Below are positions 36,036 to 40,026 of a stretch of DNA of 40,026 bases, one piece after another; the stretch's first letter is position 1; every line of letters starts with the position of its first letter. A program made the position numbers and the translations under genes. Below the pieces are notes generated by a model that saw only the letters and a list, made by a program, of their open reading frames with translations, made no database searches and was not told the origin of the DNA. The stretch lies in sequence record SRR2962707_1517. The stretch is one strand, 5' to 3'.

Positions 36036-36862
36036 TGTGTTGCCGAAAGGCTCCCTGCCTCGCGCAAAATGCTTTCGCCATCACTGGATGCAATGAACTC
36101 CATGAAGCGTTGCACGCTCGGCAAGGGCTGATCGGCGAACACAAAAAGATAAGGCTTGAAGTATGGATATGTCCCGTTTTCCAGGTTTTCCAATGTCGGT
36201 TCGACGCCGTCTATCGTGAGAAATCGCAGGTGTGGCTGATAGTTTTCGGTTACCATCTGGGTTACGCTTGTGCCCACAAGTGAGCCATTGATGCTTGTCG
36301 CCATTTCGAGATTATCCTGATCAGTTGCCGCGACGGGCACATCGATGCGGGTTCTAACCTGTTCGATGGCAGCCGCCATCTCCGGAAATGTCTCTCCAAG
36401 AAGGGCGGTGTCGCTCTCGCTTTTCGGCCTGAGAATAACACGGACCGGTGTTCCGTCGGACCATGTGGCTGTGGGTTCTGCGTAAAACGCTGCTACGTCT
36501 GTTTTTGCAATGTCGCCGGGCTTCGGATGGGAACTGGCAAGGCCATAGGGCGTGCGTACGGCAGCAACTTCGGTAAGCCCCGTTTCAGCGGGCTTCAAGG
36601 GACGTGCGGATACCGCAAGATCAAGGACGCCGTCGCGAACGGCGGCTATGCCACCGGAGCTGCCGAGACCCGGAATCACCTCAACTGTCGTGCCCGTCTC
36701 TTTGGCCTCGAATGCCGCACCAAGGCGTTGCATCAGCACTGTCGAGGAGCCGGTGCCGCCAATCCGAAGCGTGTCTGCCTGAGCGGCGGAAAAAGCACCG
36801 AAGCAAGCGGTTGTTGCTGCTATCGCAAGAATGACTTTTCTTCGAAGGCCGGATCCGGACAT
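36032..36862 (-). CDS. PstS-like periplasmic (phosphate-family) substrate-binding protein
   Basis: Signal peptide ending AQA-DT, LRIGGTGSS, GLGSSGGI, DLAVSARPLK, IDGVEPTLENLENGTYPY. GGAGAG RBS before ATG 36862. Confidence 0.87.
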   Translation of the reverse strand: MSGSGLRRKVILAIAATTACFGAFSAAQADTLRIGGTGSSTVLMQRLGAAFEAKETGTTVEVIPGLGSSGGIAAVRDGVLDLAVSARPLKPAETGLTEVAAVRTPYGLASSHPKPGDIAKTDVAAFYAEPTATWSDGTPVRVILRPKSESDTALLGETFPEMAAAIEQVRTRIDVPVAATDQDNLEMATSINGSLVGTSVTQMVTENYQPHLRFLTIDGVEPTLENLENGTYPYFKPYLFVFADQPLPSVQRFMEFIASSDGESILREAGSLSATQ

Positions 36863-37084
36863 GCTTCTCTCCAGGTAGCTAGACCCAGGTTCATAACTGT
36901 TCACTAATAAAGAATGTGTGAAACGGGAGGCTGTTTTTCGGGGGTAACCAGCCTGCGTTTGTACCGACGATGTCGGTCCTGAATGGCCCATGTGAAGCTG
37001 GTGGAATGCCCTGGCCGACACTCGCACTGGCGTAGCGCCAGAGCTTGTAGCCAAGTTGTGTTAATCGACCGATGTTCCAGGGGG

Positions 37085-38044
37085 TCAACTATAGATGCGC
37101 TGATCCATTGGTGTGTTTGCAATCAGGTCGGTCAAGCCGGTCAGCATGGCCACCTCGGCGCGGTTCTGTTTGGAATGTGGGTTCCAGACTACATGCACAT
37201 CGATTGCTGGAGGTGCTTCGTAGGGCGGCAGCCGCCAAAGCCGTCCGCGTTCGACATCCTCGCGCACCACATGCAGCGGCAGCGGGCCGATGCCCAGACC
37301 GGCTATGATCATGCGTTTCACCTCTTCGAGATTGGGAGAGGTACCGACGATGCGGGCCTCGAGTTGGGCCTCGGCGCGCATTTGCGCAACAGGGCGCAAT
37401 GCATCATCCATCTGGTCGGTGACAAAGCTCACCGAAGAATGGCCTGCGAGATCGGCGATGCTGATGCCTTCGCGGCCGAAGAGCGGATGGGTGGGGCCAC
37501 AGAACAGGCCAAAATATTCCCGAAACAGGCGCCGGTATTCGAGTTGCGGACTGCGTTCCATCACCAGGCAAATGGCAAGTGAGGCGCGGCGTGCGGCAAC
37601 AGCGGTCAGGGCGCTGCGGCTTGCCATTGCCTCGATCGACAGCGTGGCGCGCGGATGATCCTTGTGAAACTGGGTCAGGGTCGCGTCGAACAGGGGGCTG
37701 GTGACGTGGCTGGCCATGACGATGCGGACATGACCGCTGACCTCGTCCTCGACATCCCGGATTGCGGTGCCCAGACGAAGAATGGCGCCGTGGATATCTA
37801 TTGCTTCATCATAGAGAAGGCGGCCGGCAGCGGTGAGTTCGAACCGCCCCGGCTTGCGGTTGATCAGCTGCTTGCCCAGCCTCTCCTCAAGACGCTTGAG
37901 TGCGCTGGAAACCGTAGGTTGTTTCAGGCTCAGACGTTCTGCCGCTTCAGTGACTGAGCGGGAATCGGCGAGCACCAGGAAGGTGCGCAGGAGGTTCCAG
38001 TCGAGATCGCGGGCCAGACGTTCAGGCGGGGTGAGGCTGCTCAT
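37085..38044 (-). CDS. LysR family transcriptional regulator
   Basis: LDWNLLRTFLVLADSRSVTEAAERLSLKQPTVSSALKRLEERLGKQLINR HTH; GLGIGPLP. Confidence 0.95.
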   Translation of the reverse strand: MSSLTPPERLARDLDWNLLRTFLVLADSRSVTEAAERLSLKQPTVSSALKRLEERLGKQLINRKPGRFELTAAGRLLYDEAIDIHGAILRLGTAIRDVEDEVSGHVRIVMASHVTSPLFDATLTQFHKDHPRATLSIEAMASRSALTAVAARRASLAICLVMERSPQLEYRRLFREYFGLFCGPTHPLFGREGISIADLAGHSSVSFVTDQMDDALRPVAQMRAEAQLEARIVGTSPNLEEVKRMIIAGLGIGPLPLHVVREDVERGRLWRLPPYEAPPAIDVHVVWNPHSKQNRAEVAMLTGLTDLIANTPMDQRIYS

Positions 38045-38048
38045 TTCG

Positions 38049-38067
38049 CTATAGATATCATCTATAG
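38049..38067. promoter_or_regulatory. LysR recognition site in the divergent promoter
   Basis: Perfect palindrome CTATAGAT-ATC-ATCTATAG containing T-N11-A, followed by a degenerate copy (ATATCAATTATCTAT). Confidence 0.75.
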
Positions 38068-38150
38068 TTAGAATATCAATTATCTATTTGATCAATGTCG
38101 ATTTCCCCAACATCATGGCCGCAACAAGAACGCCGGGGAGCGTCGGGACC

Positions 38151-39017
38151 ATGAGCATCGAACAACGCGAGGCGCGGCAGCCGTGGATCCTGCTGGCTCC
38201 GGCACTGACGGCAATCGGCCTGCTGCTCATCGTGCCGCTGATCTTCATCGTCGTCTATTCGTTCTGGCTCAAGAGTGCTGTCGGCGCCGACACACCGGGG
38301 TTTTTCCTCGACAATTGGCAAGAAGCGCTCACCGATCCGTTTTATCGCGACATCCTGCTCAACACCCTGAAGATCGCGGCCTTCACCACAATCGCCTGTG
38401 CGCTTCTGGGCTATCCGGCGGCCTACTTTATCGCCCGTTCGCAAGGCAACAAGGTCGTGCTGCTGGTGTTGCTGATGTTGCCGTTCTGGATCAGCTACAT
38501 CATCCGCACGATGAGCTGGATCAATATTCTGGGCGTCTCGGGTGCGCTCAATTCGGCATTGATTTGGCTCGGGATCATCAACGAGCCGATCCAGATGCTT
38601 TACAATGAAACCACCGTGATCCTGGGTTTGGTGCATTTCCTGCTGCCGTTCATGGTGCTCAATATTTTCGTCAGTCTCGATGGCATCGATACCAATCTCG
38701 AAGACGCGGCATCCTCGCTTGGCGCAACCCGCTGGCAGGGTTTCTTGCAGGTGACACTGCCGCTGTCGCTGCCCGGACTGGCAGCGGGCGGGCTTCTGTG
38801 TTTCGTGCTGTCCGCAGGAACCTACATCACCCCGGTCATTCTCGGCGGGCCGCGCGATGCGATGTTTGCCAACCTTGTCTACGAAGCCATCATCCGGCAG
38901 TTGAACTGGCCGCTCGGCTCGGCCCTGTCGCTGCTTCTGCTCGTCGTCCTCGGCGTGCTGGTGCTGATCTACAATCGCTATCTCGGCATGGCGCAACTGG
39001 CGAAGGGATTGGGCTGA
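38151..39017 (+). CDS. Polyamine/opine-family ABC transporter permease, PotB-like
   Basis: LLGYPAAYFIA, LPFWISYIIRTMSW, LPFMVL, LEDAASSLGA (EAA loop), PLSLPG, LNWPLGSALS. Confidence 0.92.
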   Translation: MSIEQREARQPWILLAPALTAIGLLLIVPLIFIVVYSFWLKSAVGADTPGFFLDNWQEALTDPFYRDILLNTLKIAAFTTIACALLGYPAAYFIARSQGNKVVLLVLLMLPFWISYIIRTMSWINILGVSGALNSALIWLGIINEPIQMLYNETTVILGLVHFLLPFMVLNIFVSLDGIDTNLEDAASSLGATRWQGFLQVTLPLSLPGLAAGGLLCFVLSAGTYITPVILGGPRDAMFANLVYEAIIRQLNWPLGSALSLLLLVVLGVLVLIYNRYLGMAQLAKGLG

Positions 39018-39802
39018 TGGGCTGGCGTCTGATCCGCATCTATACGATCCTGGTCTATCTCTTCATGTTCCTTCCGATCGCGGTCGTGGTGCTGCTGTCG
39101 TTCAACGCCAACCAGTTTGGCAGCTTTCCGATGACCGGACTATCGACCCGCTGGTTTGAAGTGCTGTGGAACAACGATGCCATCATGCGGGCCTTCCGGA
39201 CCTCGATCGTGCTCGGGCTGATGACGGCGGTGATCTCGACGGTGCTTGGCGTATTGGCAAGTCTGGCGCTGGTGCGCTACCAGATTCCGGGCCGCAACCT
39301 GATCACCACGCTGCTGATCGCGCCGATCCTGGTGCCGGAGGTGGTGCTGGCGGTAGCCTTGCTGCTGTTCCTCAACTACCTCAATATCGGCAAAAGCTTC
39401 ACGCTGCTTCTGGCGGGCCATGTGATCTTCACGCTGCCATTTGTCATCCTCGTGGTGCAGGCGCGGCTGGTCAGCATCCGTCGCGATGTCGAGGAAGCGG
39501 CGTTGAGCCTTGGCGCTTCGCCGATGCAGACCTTCTTCACGATCACGCTGCCGCAGCTGATGCCGGCGGTGGCGGCGGGCGGGCTGTTCGCTTTCACCAT
39601 CAGCTTCGATGACATCACCGGAACGCTGTTCTGGAAGCCGGGCGGGATTGAAACCGTACCTACGCAGATCTTCTCGATGCTTCGCAATTCGATCTCGCCC
39701 GAGATCAACGCCCTCGGTACGGTCATCATCGTGCTGACGGTCGGGCTGCCGCTGATTGGTGCGGCCCTTGCCCGAAGACTTGCAACAAAAAGCGGCGGAT
39801 AA
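39017..39802 (+). CDS. Polyamine/opine-family ABC transporter permease, PotC-like
   Basis: FMFLPIAVVVLLSFN, PEVVLAV, VEEAALSLGA, AFTISFDD, SPEINA. ATG overlaps the upstream TGA. Confidence 0.92.
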   Translation: MGWRLIRIYTILVYLFMFLPIAVVVLLSFNANQFGSFPMTGLSTRWFEVLWNNDAIMRAFRTSIVLGLMTAVISTVLGVLASLALVRYQIPGRNLITTLLIAPILVPEVVLAVALLLFLNYLNIGKSFTLLLAGHVIFTLPFVILVVQARLVSIRRDVEEAALSLGASPMQTFFTITLPQLMPAVAAGGLFAFTISFDDITGTLFWKPGGIETVPTQIFSMLRNSISPEINALGTVIIVLTVGLPLIGAALARRLATKSGG

Positions 39803-39840
39803 ACCGCCCATCTGAACCTGAACCAGAGTTGGAGAACAAA

Positions 39841-40026
39841 ATGGACGATACAAAACGCTATGAACGACTGCGCGAGCGGTTCCAGAACGGCGATATTAGC
39901 CGCCGCAAATTCTTTGGCCTTCTCGGAGCTGCGGGCGCTGCCTACGGCCTGCAGATGCCGTTTGCCCGCCAGGCGCTGGCTGCGGGCGACGTCACCCAGG
40001 TCCGCTTTGACGGCTGGGGCGGCGTT
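39841..40026 (+). CDS. ABC substrate-binding protein (PotD/PotF-like) with Tat signal, 3'-truncated by the window edge
   Basis: My translation: MDDTKRYERLRERFQNGDISRRKFFGLLGAAGAAYGLQMPFARQALAAGDVTQVRFDGWGGV. SRRKFF twin-arginine motif, ALA cleavage site, GGAGA RBS. Confidence 0.8.
   Translation, partial: MDDTKRYERLRERFQNGDISRRKFFGLLGAAGAAYGLQMPFARQALAAGDVTQVRFDGWGGV

Noticed and set aside
36908-36925. Possible Pho box upstream of the PstS-like gene (minus strand GTTTCAC-ACAT-TCTTTAT)
   Set aside because: The second half-site matches CTGTCAT too poorly to call without a position-weight-matrix scan.
1-40026. CRISPR arrays, tRNA/rRNA genes, IS elements, prophage or defence genes, frameshifted pseudogenes
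   Set aside because: No repeat-spacer periodicity, cloverleaf, transposase or integrase motifs seen, and all major ORFs look full length. Short degenerate remnants could be missed by eye.

Overview
About 40 kb of GC-rich (roughly 60% by eye) alphaproteobacterial chromosome; the promoter motifs and gene families are typical of Rhizobiales/Rhodobacterales. I see no rRNA, tRNA, CRISPR array, transposase or integrase. In order: end of a sugar ABC/dihydroxyacetone kinase operon; aldehyde dehydrogenase; a CX5R phosphatase; a TetR-led acyl-CoA catabolic operon (crotonase, CoA ligase, two MaoC proteins) converging on a Liv-type ABC importer plus alpha/beta hydrolase, with both promoters sharing one 16-bp operator; an opine dehydrogenase / 3-hydroxyacyl-CoA dehydrogenase-like / TRAP / racemase-fold operon whose racemase appears to lack both catalytic cysteines; a general-stress (EcfG-promoter) cluster around katE; a LacI regulator; an Rrf2 regulator divergent from cydDC-cydABX with paired FNR and NsrR-like boxes; MYG1; a PstS-like binding protein coupled to a membrane PAS-GGDEF-EAL protein; LysR divergent from a Pot-type ABC transporter. 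The best candidates for undescribed biology are the opine dehydrogenase/TRAP/Cys-less racemase pathway, the bipartite TetR regulon, the PstS-like/c-di-GMP sensing pair and an orphan promoter with a possible sRNA or leader at about 14.07-14.34 kb. All calls come from reading motifs by eye; no database searches were run.
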